Below are positions 1 through 12,477 of a DNA stretch of 64,000 nucleotides, in pieces. The position numbers and the translations under genes were made by a program. Numbering within the stretch: position 1 is the stretch's first letter; each line of letters starts with the position of its first letter. This DNA is from Pristiophorus japonicus (taxonomy: Eukaryota), in contig NC_091991.1 of NCBI RefSeq assembly GCF_044704955.1, positions 152,644,001-152,708,000 on the forward strand, in the 5' to 3' direction. The notes beneath the pieces were generated by a model. The model was not told where the DNA came from. It searched no databases and saw nothing but the letters and a program-made list of their open reading frames with translations.

Positions 1-32
1 GACATGACATTTTTTGCGGTACGTGCGGGATC

Positions 33-109
33 TTAGCAGGAAGCGATACCAAAATATAGATTGTCTAAGCCTTTTTTTTTCTCGAAAAAAGAAAATCATG
101 CTGGATGTA
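33..109. mobile_element. End of a repeated element, probably a DNA-transposon terminus ending in TA
   Basis: ggaagcgataccaaaatatagattgtctaagcc...gaaaatcatgctggatgta recurs almost identically at 2783-2855. Confidence 0.55.
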
Positions 110-541
110 ACTGGACTTCCAATTTGCAGTGACCCCATTTTGCGCTACTGGCAAAGACCAACTTTACCCACAGAATGTGCTGCACAGTTGCTCCCTAGTC
201 TCTTAAAATGGACTGTACAAAACTGCACACAAATTTACATCAGCACCATCTCAGCAGCAGTAAGGAATGGATTCGGAGTTTTGAGATTTTTTTTCCAGAG
301 AGCAAGTTGTGACACGTACAGTGATGTCGGCCATATTGGTATCTGTGCTCAAGGCCCAGGGATGCTAGGCCTGGGGCAAGGGGTAAGGGGTAGGAGAAGG
401 GGACTCCAAGATATTCGGAGGCTTGATTGAGAGCTCCGTGTTGTTTGTGGAAGGAGGGAGGGAAATGACTAGAGCTGAAGTCTTGAGTAAGGTTGTGATA
501 TATTTTGTTTGTTACCTAATAGAGAGTGGGGTGGGAGGGGT

Positions 542-716
542 GGGGGTGAAATTGGTCTACATCAGTGCATAAAACAGGGCCGTAGCGAATCGACAGCCCA
601 CTTTACGCCACGTCCGATTTTCTTTTCGTTGACTTCAATGGAAAAGAATATCGGGCGGAATGAAAAACAAACTTCCAATTGGCTTTGAGCCTGTCGGGAA
701 GACCAATTTCACGCCC
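542..716. mobile_element. Palindromic MITE (Harbinger-like GGGG termini)
   Basis: TIR ggggtgaaattggtct / agaccaatttcacgccc, with central hairpin ccgattttcttttc-gttgacttcaatg-gaaaagaatatcgg. Confidence 0.65.
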
Positions 717-929
717 AGTGTGTTGATGAATGCAGTGTATGCTTCATTTTCTAAGTGCTTTGTCTGCACAGTAAGTTACATAAATAAAGTCTGCTGTCTA
801 CTAGGCAACCCATCACCCTTACATACAGTTTTGCTATTTTATCAACGGAGTGTCTTTATGATTGGAATGATGCATATAATCAACAATGTCCTTGGCCACG
901 CTGGTGAGTCCGGGGCAGCCAGCATTAGA

Positions 930-2420
930 GGCGTGTGGGGAAGGCGCTCCCGGCTCCAACCCGCCCTCTCACAATAATCTTCCCTAGATTGGGATTGTTA
1001 AGCCCGCCCTACAAGGTTCCCAGTCAATTAACAGGAAGCGGGTCTGATGATGTCGTTTGATGACGTGCCATCAGCCGGTTTTCTTAAAGGGACCATGGCC
1101 AACTTTTTTTAAACAGTTGTGCTGTCAGTGTGCTACAGCATTGAGGTGCTGCAAACACCGACAAGCTCTGCACAAAGGTGCACGCTGCACCCAGGCTCTC
1201 CCAATACGCCCTCCAGATGCTTATGGAGGGAGTCACAGCATGCAGGGAGGTTCTCTTCCCTTCCAATGGGTGGAAGAGACCTCCCCAGGACACCAACACA
1301 GCCTGGTTGCACATTGCACAGGAGGGCACAAGCAGGAATGTTGTCAGGAGGACCAGGCTGCAGTGGTGCAACCTTTCAATGATCTCTGTAGATCATGAAA
1401 CGTTACTGCAAAGCCACACTCAACCTCATCTTGCTGTGCCACTTATCACATCCCAATCACTCTGCCTTCTCCACCCTACTCCAGCACATCCTTACTCACA
1501 CCAACTTACCTTGCACCTTCACCCATCCCTCTCTCTCTATCTACATTATCACATCCCCATCTCACTAGCCACCCCTCACATTCACCCTCATCCTATTGCA
1601 ATCATACCAACCAACAACACACAAGGGTAGCCACTTGGGATTTTTAGCCAATGTTCATGTAGAGTTTCTGCTAATGTATTCTCAAAGATTGAAATCTTTA
1701 TTTTGAACACTTTGCATTCTTGGACAGATTTGTGTGAACCTTTGGAAATGGCTTAGTGAGTTGTAGCGAATGGCGAGACATAACGGTACCCCCCGCAATG
1801 GTGATGAGTGTGAAAGGAATGGCTTGGGCATTGTAGGTGTTGATATGGAGTGATACCAACCTGCCGCAATATGTAGCTACCAGGGTGTACAGCATCAAAT
1901 GAAGTAAATGTGGCCATAGTGAGGCTATCACTGACATGCTGGGCAGCAATGTGGTCGCGTGCTGATGCCCTGTGTCCTGTGCAGCATCAGTTGATTGCAG
2001 AGAAGGTTGGCATTGTTGATGGTGATGCTGGTGTGTTTAGTGATGTTGGTGTTGAGGCTGATCGTGGTGGGATTCTGAGGACCAAGGTGAGATTTTCTCA
2101 AAGGCACCGATGCTGCTGGAATAGATGGCAGCTGAAGTTGAGATGACAGATGCGATCTGTCAATGGTCAGACATGTTCCTTTAATAAGGTTACAGTGAAT
2201 ATAGAGTTCACTACAAAAAGTTGGTTAAATCATAAGTGCCTGGTTATAATCCTTTTAAACACCTTTAAACTACCTGTTAAGTACCTTAATTGACTGGCCC
2301 GCCGCTTGGTGTCGGGTCTGTGAGCCGCAGGCAGATCCGACAGTTGAGAAAGTGGCACGGAGGAGGATTCAGAGTGGGCTTCCACCCCACTGTCAATCAG
2401 GGCTAGGAAGATTCTGGCCT
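930..2420 (+). mobile_element. Non-autonomous PIF/Harbinger-derived element, copy 1
   Basis: Long similarity to 33485-35027 and contains a Myb/SANT-like relic. Ends approximate. Confidence 0.7.
1178..1385 (+). pseudogene. Relic of Harbinger Myb/SANT-like DNA-binding protein
   Basis: APRLSQYALQMLMEGVTACREVLFPSNGWKRPPQDTNTAWLHIAQEGTSRNVVRRTRLQW followed by a frameshifted FNDL resembles the Myb_DNA-bind_5 pattern (PRFS..L..L...V......LF.....AW..IA..V......RT..QC..RFNDL). Confidence 0.65.
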
Positions 2421-2540
2421 TAGAGTGGTTTGTAGGAGAGGAGTCTTGTGTAACTCTGATTCTGTCTTTCCCTGTATAAACACTATACACCACAGTCCTG
2501 TCTAGCATGCAGTCGATTTTGGACACTATCACAATACAGG

Positions 2541-2855
2541 TACAGTGTCGAAAATCTGGAGTTCTGGAATCCGTACTGTTCCGGAATCCGGACACCGGGC
2601 CGCTCCGTGGTGGGATCGTCCGGAATCCGGAAAATGTTCCAAAATCCAGATTCGCCGTCGGACCTCGCCCGTCTCGGAACTTACCTCGCCCACAGCAGAA
2701 CCTCGCCAGACCTCGCCCGCCTCTGGACCGGCCTCGCCCGCCTTGGGACCTCGCTGGACCTCTCCAGTGGCCTTGGTTAATCGGGAAGCGATATCAAAAT
2801 ATAGACTGTCTAAGCCTTTTTTCTTCTCGAGAAAAGAAAATCAGGCTGGATGTAA
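2541..2855. mobile_element. Composite of Tc1/mariner(Tigger)-like MITE pieces
   Basis: Starts TA-CAGT, contains internal ccggaatccgga and cctcgcc repeats, and ends with the ...ctggatgTA terminus also seen at 33-109. Confidence 0.45.
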
Positions 2856-3010
2856 AATAATCCCCGCACAGGCATCTTCCACCCTTCAACATGGCGTTCG
2901 GGACCTGGAATATCAGATCCTTCATTGAGACACCTGTGAACTCATCCCTTTTTGGCATGGAAGCAAGTCATCATCGATACAAGGGGCCGCCTATGATGAT
3001 GATAATAATA
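2856..3010 (+). mobile_element. 3' half of RTE-derived bipartite short retroelement
   Basis: Matches 8688-8832 and ends in ggaagcaagtcatcatcgat...cctatgatgatgat, like the RTE tail at 21829-21876. Confidence 0.75.
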
Positions 3011-4250
3011 GAGACAGAGAGTTACGGGAGTTTAGGTAACTGTGAAAAGACCAATGCCAAAGATGAGGAGAATACGTTTGGAAAGGGCAGGGAACAATCA
3101 AAGACTTGAGCGTGAGGAATGGTTAGAAAGAGAACCATAAGTAACTTCTCCAGATCCGAGCAAGAGCTGCCCTGTGTGCTCTTCATCGAAATCAAAGCAA
3201 GTCATATTATTTCCTGCTGTTACTCATTATTTCCCAGGACCTTCAAACTGTGGATATCTGTACCTTCACCAGTCGTTCCTTGCTCCCACTAGCCACAAGT
3301 TCATATGACCACATTTGCCATTGCCTGACCCATAGGTTTAACCACACCTTCTCTCATACTTCTTTCAAACTTGAACTATCCATGGGTAGCTAGGCCCCCA
3401 CAGCTAGCCCATCCCTTTCATTCAGAGGGGGGGTTGATTTTGCATTTGGGCAAAGTCACTGGAAATGAAAAGTTGGCTAATCCAATATCTCCCGTAGTCA
3501 AAGTTACCCCCAGTTCCTCCATCTCTCTTTATTCTATTATCTTGCAAGCTATTTCAAGTGTTCAACTAGATTAATGTAGTCACTTATTACAATATTAAAC
3601 TGGATGAGCCTTGAGCCCTTGACCCTGCACGTAGCTTTTCAAAAAACAGTGAACAGTTTAATTGAAGGGAGTGACTTTAACTGCGTATCACCAACGGTTT
3701 ACTGGGACAGTTCAGCCATACAAGCGGCAGTTATTCTGGTTTGGACCCAACCCAAACAGTCGCATTTCGGCTTCCTTTAATCATCCTTAAGGAGTGCAGA
3801 AGCACAGAGATTTCAAGGATGCGAACAGGCTCACTAAACTTGCAAATCAACCATCTGTGCACTTCGCATGGGATTATTAACAAGGCAGCAGAAGAAGAAA
3901 TAACAAAATGATAGAGGATGAAGATAATTCCCACTGACCTCAGGCATCACGGCCTAACACTCTTTGAATTCCACGAATAGCTGCTAAATAAATAATCCTG
4001 GATCGCAGCGGGCAGACTAAATTCATCCTGCGATCACTCCAATTCTCCTCTACCATCACAGAACAAAGTTAAATTATGTGGCTGAAAATCAAAATGAGGT
4101 GAAAAACCGCATACTGTGTGGAACTTTCAATTCAAGTTCTTTGCTCAAGATTAAAAATACATCTGACAGCAGCATGAGAGTGTTGACTGAAACAATCTGC
4201 CTCTGTTTCACCACCAACTTTGATGCCCTAGTCCCTATTAAAACAATTAT

Positions 4251-4688
4251 GGGACAAAATTCAGGGTCCGGATAAGGCCCATTATCGCCATTTTGCGGCG
4301 GACATGTGGCGGAATCGAGTGGCCGCCGTGTTGCAGTCCATTGGCTGCCCCGGCCCAAATTCATCTCGGGGATTTTTCGGGCGGTCCCCACTTCCGCCCC
4401 GCTGTTGCCGACTGCCCCCAACACGTCATGAAAGCATGCACCGCCGATCTCCCGCACCTCCATCCCACTCCACGCATAATTTACCTGAAACAATCCACGA
4501 TCTGCCGTGCGGTGCCCCCGACAGCTTTTTCTGTTGCTGCACCTTGTTTTCTGTGTGTGAGCCATGGGATCGCGGCGACACTTCAAGGCGAGGGCGCACT
4601 GCCGCGACAGCCATGTTTTTTTTTGCTGGCCGACTTCCCGATCGGCCGGACAATTATGGCCCCGGGTTCGGCCAGGCCACACCCCCTA
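4251..4688. mobile_element. GC-rich MITE/Harbinger-like fragment
   Basis: Abrupt CpG-rich block starting gggacaaaattcag. The second terminus was not seen. Confidence 0.4.
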
Positions 4689-5931
4689 CTGGATGAGCAG
4701 AAATTTTCTCCAATTAAGTATTGGGAAGACTGAAGCCATTGTTTTTGGTCCCCGCCACAAATTCCGTTCCCTAGCCAATGACTCCATCCCTCTCCCTAAC
4801 ATCTGTCTGAGGCTGAACCTTGGTGTCGTTTTGACCCTGAAATGAGCTTCCATTCACATATCCACAGCATAACTAACATGGCTGATCTGATCATGGACTC
4901 AGCTTTACTTCCCTGCCCGCTCCCCATAACCCCTTATCCCCTTATTATTTAAGGAACTGTCTATTTCTGTCTTAAATGTATTCAATGTCCCAACTTCCAC
5001 AGCTCCCTGAGGCAGCGAATTCCACAGATTTACAACCCTCTGAGAGAAGAAATACCTCCTCATCTCAGTTTTAAATGGACGACCCTTATTCTAAGATCAT
5101 GCCTTCTCGTTCTAGTCTCCCCCATCAGTGGAAACATCCTCTCTGCATCCACCCTCTCAAGCCCCCTTATAATCTTATACGTTTCGATAAGATCACCTCT
5201 CATTCTTCTGAATTCCAATGAGTAGATGCCCAACCTGCTCAACCTTTCCTCATAAGTCAACCCCCTCATCCCTGGAATCAACCTAGTGAGCCTTCTCTGA
5301 ACTGCCTCCAAAGCAAGCATATCCTTTCATAAATATGGAAACCAAAACTGCACGCAGTATTCCGGGCGTGGCCTCACCAATACCTTGTATAGCTGTAGCA
5401 AGACTTCCCTGCTTTTATAGTCCATCCCATTTGTGACTTCTATACTTGACAATTCCAACACACTCCTGGCTGGCCTCCCAAGTTCTATCGTACATAAACT
5501 TGACGTCATCCAATAGTCGGTTGCCCATGTCCTAACTCGCACACCAAGACCCGTTCACCCATCACCCTTGTGCTCGCTGACCTACACTGGCTCCTGGTTA
5601 AGCAATGCCTCGATTTCAAAATTCTCATCCTTGTTTTCAAATCCCTCCATGGCCTCGCCCCTCCCTATCTCTAATCTCCTCCAGCCCCATTCTTGAGCAT
5701 CCCTAATTATAATTGCTCAATCAATAGTGGCCATGCCATCTGTTGCCTAGGCCCTAAGCTCTGGAATTCCCTTCCCATACCTCTCCACCTCTCTTTCCTC
5801 CTTTAAGAAGCTCCTTAAATCCTACTTCTTTGACCAAGCTTTTGGTCATCTGCCCTAATTTCTCCTTATGTGGCTCGGCGTCACATTTATTGTCTCCTGT
5901 GAAGCACCTTGGTACGTTTTATTACATTAAA
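4689..5931 (+). mobile_element. L2-clade LINE 3' portion, interrupted by a CR1 fragment
   Basis: YWMSRNFLQLSIGKTEAIVFGPRHK and later LADLHWLLV...DFKILILVFKSLHGLAP. The 3' UTR ctcctgtgaagcaccttgg...cattaaag is shared with the other L2 ends. Confidence 0.8.
4877..5430 (-). mobile_element. CR1 LINE fragment (RT C-terminus and part of 3' UTR)
   Basis: EYCVQFWFPYL / RRMRGDLIETYKI. Same subfamily as 12478-13965. Confidence 0.9.
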
Positions 5932-5965
5932 GCGGCGGTGGCGGTTTCACGCGCCTGAGATCTCA

Positions 5966-7340
5966 GTAGGTTTGCCAACTCTGATTGGATGCATTCATGG
6001 AGGATCCATCATATGACCTCCCGCTTCCAGCTGCTCCACGCCTCCATTGGTCGCCTGACATGTCCATCCTCGCAGTGCACCGCCTTCCTACTCCAATTGG
6101 TGAACAGACAGTCTCTTCAGTACCCGATTGGATAATACTCAACCGTCAGTCAAAAAGCCTTTTCACCCCAATCTCCAATATTTTATAGCTAATAGAACCT
6201 AAGCAGGCGATTTTCGCCAAGTACTTTAGGTGCGAAAGAGATGGCAAAGATGGAATCCTAAGCTGAAATGCCAGTTTAGCTCGCATTTAGTGCAGGATGC
6301 AATCTTAATAAAGGGGTTGAAACGGTTGCCCAGAGATTTGATAAACAGCTGATTGCACTTAAAATGCCTGTTGACAATCATTAAAGAGGCTGCACAGCAT
6401 TTTGGTGGGTAGTGCTTCAACTAACACCCTCTCGTAATAGCGATTAGCTGTTTTGGAGTAAACACGGAGTTGATGTCGATTGCAAGTGCTACTTAAAGGG
6501 ATACTCACCTATTAATGTTTATTTACTGCTGAAGCTGTGAAGAGGACCTCTTAAACATATCAGGACACTTTCTGGGACACTTTGTCAAGACTTCACCCAC
6601 ACTTGAGCAACATTTTTCCGGAAAGTGTTTGAGGATTTCACCTAAAAAGAGTAAATGCTGTGCTACTCCACCTTATAGGAGTCATCAGGAGAAAGGAAGT
6701 GCTTGGTCTTGGGCATCTTGCTAGGAGTCCCCCCTTGGTCTGGACAAGGAATGGAAGGAGGATATGAGGCCTGGCAGAGCAGCACCAGCTGCTGCAGGAG
6801 CAAGGGATAGGAGGGCGAGGTGGAGTCCACCCCACCCCCCCCTGCGAGTACGGGACATCTCTCCTCCTCTGGGCCTCCTACATCAAGACCTCCAGTGCCG
6901 CATCTGGGAACCTGTGCACCCTCTCTCTCGGTCCCCGAGCCATCCTGCAACATGTTACTGTGTGCCAGTCAGAGCATTCCACACCTTCAGTGGAAGGGAG
7001 TGCGAGGAGCCCACAGATACTGCTCCATGAAAATTGAGTCTAAGCACTTGAGCGCTAAGGCTGCAGGTGTCCGTTTAGCAGCTCCAGGCAAGGTCAAATT
7101 ATGATCATCAGCAATTAGGACCAAAATTGTGTGCTAAATCCAAACTTTCAAACAGGCGTGTCTTATTAGCACTGCACCCATTTGGTGACTTTGGCCAAAA
7201 TAACCACTAAAGTGTTGAAAGAAAATGAAAAAAACAGCAATTGTCTTTTAATGCCCCTATGATTTTTCTATCGGATTGCTCTCAGATGATTAATCCTAAA
7301 TTCCTGGAGATTCCAGGATAATCCTGGGGAACTGGCAATT
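5966..7340. mobile_element. TAGGGTTGCCAAC-type MITE interrupted by a Harbinger-like element (about 6205-7210)
   Basis: Left end taggtttgccaact, degenerate right end gggaactggcaa. The inner block has gcgattttcgccaa / ttggccaaaataacc ends. Confidence 0.45.
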
Positions 7341-7499
7341 TTTGACCTGTACTAGCAACTTTCTGCCACTTGTATTATGGAGCCTAGTTTCCTTATCCTC
7401 AGCCTCTGGTACATTGCTGTGTGCTAACAGTTTAATCCAGTGTTTAATAACATCTGCAGGGACAGTGCCACCACCAATTTGTGTATAGAGATTACCGTA

Positions 7500-7608
7500 C
7501 ACATAAAATCACGTAGCACAGAAGGAGGCCATTCAGCCTATTTTGCCTGTGCCGGCTCTTTGAAAGAGCTAGCCAATTAGTCCCACTCCCCTGCTCTTTC
7601 CCTATAAC
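7500..7608 (-). mobile_element. CR1-type 3' UTR fragment
   Basis: cacagaaggaggccattcagcc...tcccactcccctgctc resembles the 3' end at 35743. Confidence 0.55.
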
Positions 7609-7625
7609 GTGTGACATGCTATTTT

Positions 7626-7950
7626 GCACTGTCGGAGGTGCCATCTTTCAGATGAGACATTAAACCAAGGCCCTCTCAGGTGAACATAAAAGATTCCATG
7701 CCACTATTTTGAAGAAGAGCAAATTAATTCTCCCCGATGTCCTGGTCAATACTTATCTCTCACTCAACATCACTAAAACAGATTATCTGGTCATTATCAC
7801 ATCGCTGTTTGTGGGACCTTGCTGTGCGCAAACTGGCTGCCGCGTTTCCTACATTACAACTGTACTACACTTCCAAAGTATTTTATTGGCTGCAAAGCAC
7901 TTTGAGATGTCCTGAGCTTGTTAAAGGCGCTATATAAATGCAAGTCTTTT
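7626..7950 (+). mobile_element. DeuSINE (SacSINE1-like), 5'-truncated
   Basis: gcactgtcggaggtgcc...agattccatg...gattatctggtcattatcac...aaaggcgctatataaatgcaag. Repeated many times in the window. Confidence 0.85.
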
Positions 7951-8351
7951 TTTACTGCATGCCCTGTGACAATGCTCATTGTGAGTTAGAGGATGTGCTG
8001 CTGTCTACAGATGGAGGTGTTTTATCCTGTATGCTGACTGTATTATTAATTGATATGATGGTGTTGCAGATGGAGGGAAAGTGGATGTGGTTGCTTACTG
8101 AAATCTAGTACAGGGTAATATAATTTTATGTGTTTCTCTGCAGTCTCTCGTTCCTCTTTCTCTGTAACAAGGCTGCAACCAACAGACTGAGACAGTTGCA
8201 GGCTGTCACGTTCATGCTGCTCCAGGTGACAGACTCTTGTATCATTGTTAAACAATGCCAGGATTTAATATGCATTAGCAACTTTTTTTCCCCCAAACAT
8301 ATCAGAGATGTTTCAATCGGTCTGATATCTATTTGATGCAGTTAGTCAATT

Positions 8352-8832
8352 ACAGTCCACACCCACAGTGAAGAGGGGCGTCACCAAGATCCAGGTCGGT
8401 GATTGGAGCGTGGGCAGATACAGCAGAAGCGGCGAGGTCGGGGCGAAGGAGCGGTGAGAGATTGTAGAGGGACGTGATCGGGGCCCAGGAAAGGCGCAAA
8501 TTCGTGGCCCAGAAGAGGCGAGGGCCCAGGGACAGCACGGGCCAGCCCACACTATGAAATGTGTGCGCACTAGGTCCGTGCAGCAGAGCTGGTCTCCAGT
8601 CGTCTTGGTTAATCCTCGCCACTGGACCAAGGCCTAGCTCTGTCAAGCCCGTGTGGTTGCTGGTGTGCAATGGCCACCACACGTTTAAAAAATCCCGCAC
8701 AGGCATCTTCCACCCTTCAAGATTTAGTTCGGGATCTGGAATTTTAGGTCCTTCATACAAACACCTGTGACCTTTTCGACATGGAAGCAAGTCATCCTCG
8801 ATTCGAGAGACTGCCAATGATGATGATGATGA
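8352..8832 (+). mobile_element. RTE-derived bipartite non-autonomous retroelement
   Basis: GC-rich 5' part, then ttcgggatctggaat (FGxWN, typical start of the APE domain) joined directly to the RTE 3' tail ggaagcaagtcatcctcgattcgag...(atg)n. Confidence 0.75.
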
Positions 8833-9504
8833 CACCTAAAGCAAATATCTGCAGGGTTAATGTCATCAAATGCAGGATGGGGCGTAACTCATTTTCAAAA
8901 TAAAATTAAAATGATTCATCTTTTTTTTTTAAACTCGACTTTGTTCAACAAAATCAACATAAAATAATCTTTTACAATATTTTCCCCCAAAACGTTGTAT
9001 TAATACCTTCCGCCTTTGTTGCGTGTGAACGTGTAGCAGTTGTACATCACAGGGCTGATGTATGTGTCACATGCAATTAAAAACCTCATTAGCATTCCTG
9101 GTTCATACTCAACACCTTATTAATTGACTGCCATTATGCATCTTCTTCTCATCCTGCCTCAGAAAGATTTAAGTATATTTTGTGTCATGTTTACATTATT
9201 ATATAAAACAATTCAAATACAATTGATTTTTTTTTTTTGCCTTTCCATTGAATTCCCTTAGTGCTCATTGCTTTGTGGAAGACAATATGGGTTGGAGCCA
9301 CAGAGACTGGAAGCACTTTGCCAGCACAGATGGGTAAAGGTTTAGCACCGAGTCCCCAAATACTCAAAGTAGTCAACAACAGCAGTGGCAGCTGCCTTGG
9401 AATTTACAGAGTTCGTAAACATGCCCTCATAAATTATAGTAACATTATTAAGTATGAAAGGCCAGGCTTTGTACTTAATACTGTAAAACGATGTAAGAAA
9501 GAAA

Positions 9505-9840
9505 TCATACTTATATAGCATCTTTCACGATGTCCCAAAGTGCTTCACAGCCAATGAATTACTTTTGCAGTGTAGTCACTGTTGTAATGTCGGGAAAAGC
9601 AGCAGCCAATCTACAGATAGCAAGGCCCCACAAACAGCTGGTTGAGGGACAAATATTGGTCAGGATACCGGGGAGAACTCACCTGCTCTTCTTCGAAATA
9701 GTGCTGTGGGATCTTTTACGTCCACCTGAGAGAACAGATAGGGCCCCGGTCTAATGTCTCTTCTGAAAGACGGCACCTCGGATAACAAACACATGACCTT
9801 CTGACTTGGAGGCAAGAGTGCTACCATTAAGTCACGACTG
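9505..9840 (-). mobile_element. DeuSINE (SacSINE1-like)
   Basis: Reverse complement of the SINE consensus, including the tRNA head (ttctgacttggaggcaagagtgctacc). Confidence 0.8.
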
Positions 9841-10099
9841 ACATATAGATAGGTGAATTAAAGCCCTACTTTCTCCAACCGGAGAGCATGTCATTTCCAT
9901 GGATTTGAAGTACTTGGGGTAGAAATGAATGTGCGGTGCCAATGTTTCTCATGCGTAAAGCTGGCCGAACGCATGCCAATTTAGCAGTGGGATGGCCTGC
10001 ACCCAACCTGCACAGGCTTTCGGCCACATCTAAATTAGTTGGTTCCGCTTTTTTGCATCCCAGCCAGCTGCCTAAAACAAGAGTTCGGCCCCTTGCAAC

Positions 10100-10515
10100 A
10101 ATAACAACTTGCATTTATATAACTTTAAAGTAGTAAAATGTCCCAAGGCGCTTCACAGAAGCATTATCAGACAAAATTTGACAACGAGCCACATAAAGAG
10201 ATATTTGAACAGGTGGCAAAAAGCTGGGTCAAAGAGCTAGGTTTTAAAGAGCCTCTTAAAGGAGGAGAGCAAGGTTGAGAGGCAGGGAGGTTTAGGGAGG
10301 GAATTCCAGAGCTTAGGGCCTAGGCAGCTGAAGACATGGCCATCAATGGTGGAACAATGGAAATCAGGGTTGAGCAAGAGATCAGAATTGGAGGAGTGCA
10401 GGATCTCGGAGAGCTGTAGGGCTAGAGATGGTCAGAGAGAGATAGGGAGAGGTGAGGCCATGGAGGGACTTAAAAACGAGAATGAGGATTTTAAGTTTGA
10501 AGCATTGCCAGACCG
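10100..10515 (-). mobile_element. L2 LINE 3' end
   Basis: Antisense of the 5600-5931 region (KILILVFKSLHGL), with tail aacttgcatttata. Confidence 0.8.
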
Positions 10516-10807
10516 ATACTGGAGCAAAATTGGAGCTGAAGGAAAGAGACTCAATTCTCCTTGCTACAAAGTCACAGCAGGCCTTAGCACCTGATTTATA
10601 CCACTGCTGCAAAACTAAAACTGCTTCACACCAATGTAAATGAGTAGTGCAACTTCAGAGTCAGGAATGCTCAAGTACTGTCTCTTGAGGGATTCATTAG
10701 ATGATAGGGGCTACAAAAGCAAAAAAGTAGAGCTTGAGATAGTTCCTCAGGCTTAGACACGGCAGATAATGAAAAACTTGGTCAACAACAGAAGAAAACC
10801 TACAGAT

Positions 10808-11897
10808 GTCTGACAAGCAGGAATCAAAGAGTGGGAGTAAATGGGTACTTTTCAGAATGGCAGGCAATGACTAGTGGGGTACCGCAAGGTTCTGTGCTGG
10901 GGCCCCAGCTGTTTACATTGTACATTAATGATTTAGATGAGGGGATTAAATGTAGTATCTCCAAATTTGCGGATGACACTAAGTTGGGTGGCAGTGTGAG
11001 CTGCGAGGAGGATGCTACGAGGCTGCAGAGTGACTTGGATGGGTTAGGTGAGTGGGCAAATGCATGGCAGATGAAGTATAATGTGGATAAATGTGAGATT
11101 ATCCACTTTGGTGGTAAAAACAGAGAGACAGACTATTATCTGAATGGTGACAGATTAGGAAAAGGGGAGGTGCAGCGAGACCTGGGTGTCATGGTACATC
11201 AGTCATTGAAGGTTGGCATGCAGGTACAGCAGGCGGTTAAGAAAGCAAATGGCATGTTGGCCTTCATAGCGAGGGGATTTGAGTACAGGGGCAGGGAGGT
11301 GTTGCTACAGTTGTACAGGGCCTTGGTGAGGCCACACCTGGAGTATTGTGTACAGTTTTGGTCTCCTAACTTGAGGAAGGACATTCTTGCTATTGAGGGA
11401 GTGCAGCGAAGATTCACCAGACTGATTCCCAGGATGGTGGGACTGACATAACAAGAAAGACTGGATCAACTGGGCTTGTATTCACTGGAGTTCAGAAGAA
11501 TGAGAGGGGATCTCATAGAAATGTTTAAAATTCTGACGGGTTTAGACAGGTTAGATGCAGGAAAAATGTTCCCAATGTTGGGGAAGTCCAGAACCAGGGA
11601 TCACAGTCTAAGGATAAGGGGTAAGCCATTTAGGAGCGAGATGAGGAGAAACTTCTTCACCCAGAGAATGGTGAACCTGTGGAATTCTCTACCACAGAAA
11701 GTTGTTGAGGCCAATTCACTAAATATATTCAAAAAGGAGTTGGATGTAGTCCTTACTACTAGGGGGATCAAGGGGTATGGCAAGAAAGCAGGAATGGGGT
11801 ACTGAAGTTGCGTGTTCAGCCATGAACTCATTGAATGGCGGGCTCGAAGGGCCGAATGGCCTACTCCTGCACCTATTTTCTATGTTTCTATGTTCTA
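10808..11897 (+). mobile_element. CR1 LINE, 5'-truncated (RT; (tttctatg)n tail subfamily)
   Basis: SGVPQGSVLGP, FADDTKL, LEYCVQFWSP, one premature stop at 11449, tail ttctatgtttctatg. Confidence 0.95.
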
Positions 11898-12477
11898 AAG
11901 TGTGACTTCAAGTGTACAGACCAACATAAAAGTTAACACACGGGACCAAAATACGCACAAGTCTGAAGAAAATCTGGATTCAGCTGGAGCTGTTCATATC
12001 CTGGAAAACCTGCCTTGCCAGATTGTACTCTGAAGGCTTCACCACTGCACAATATGTGGGAGAGCAGCATTGTAATGCTATTGCAAGGTACACCTTAAAA
12101 AACAAGATCAGCTAGTTGTTTACTTGACATCATTGAACAATGGGATTTATGCACTGTGAATAATTGCTCTTAGTGACTTGAACCCAAGCCTCCAGAAGAG
12201 AAACTACCAGAAGACAGGTCAAATAATCAATAAGGCTTAAGGAATGGATTAAGCAACACCAAATTAGGAGGAACAGAACTGCATTTGTCACAAGCATACA
12301 AATGAAGGTAGCTGACAGACGAAAACTACCCCTCATTATAGAACTTTCTACCCTATAACTAATTTAACAGCAAACAGCCACACCTGCAAACAAGGCATCT
12401 CCAACTGATAGGCGGATGCGCGCCTTCCCGAACATTCCCTTCTGATGCAACTTCCTGGATTTTCCACACCTTTGAAC

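Noticed and set aside
489-525. Minus strand LY*VTNK resembling the next RAB26 exon (LYDVTNK)
   Set aside because: In-frame stop, no suitable splice sites, and the flanking residues do not match.
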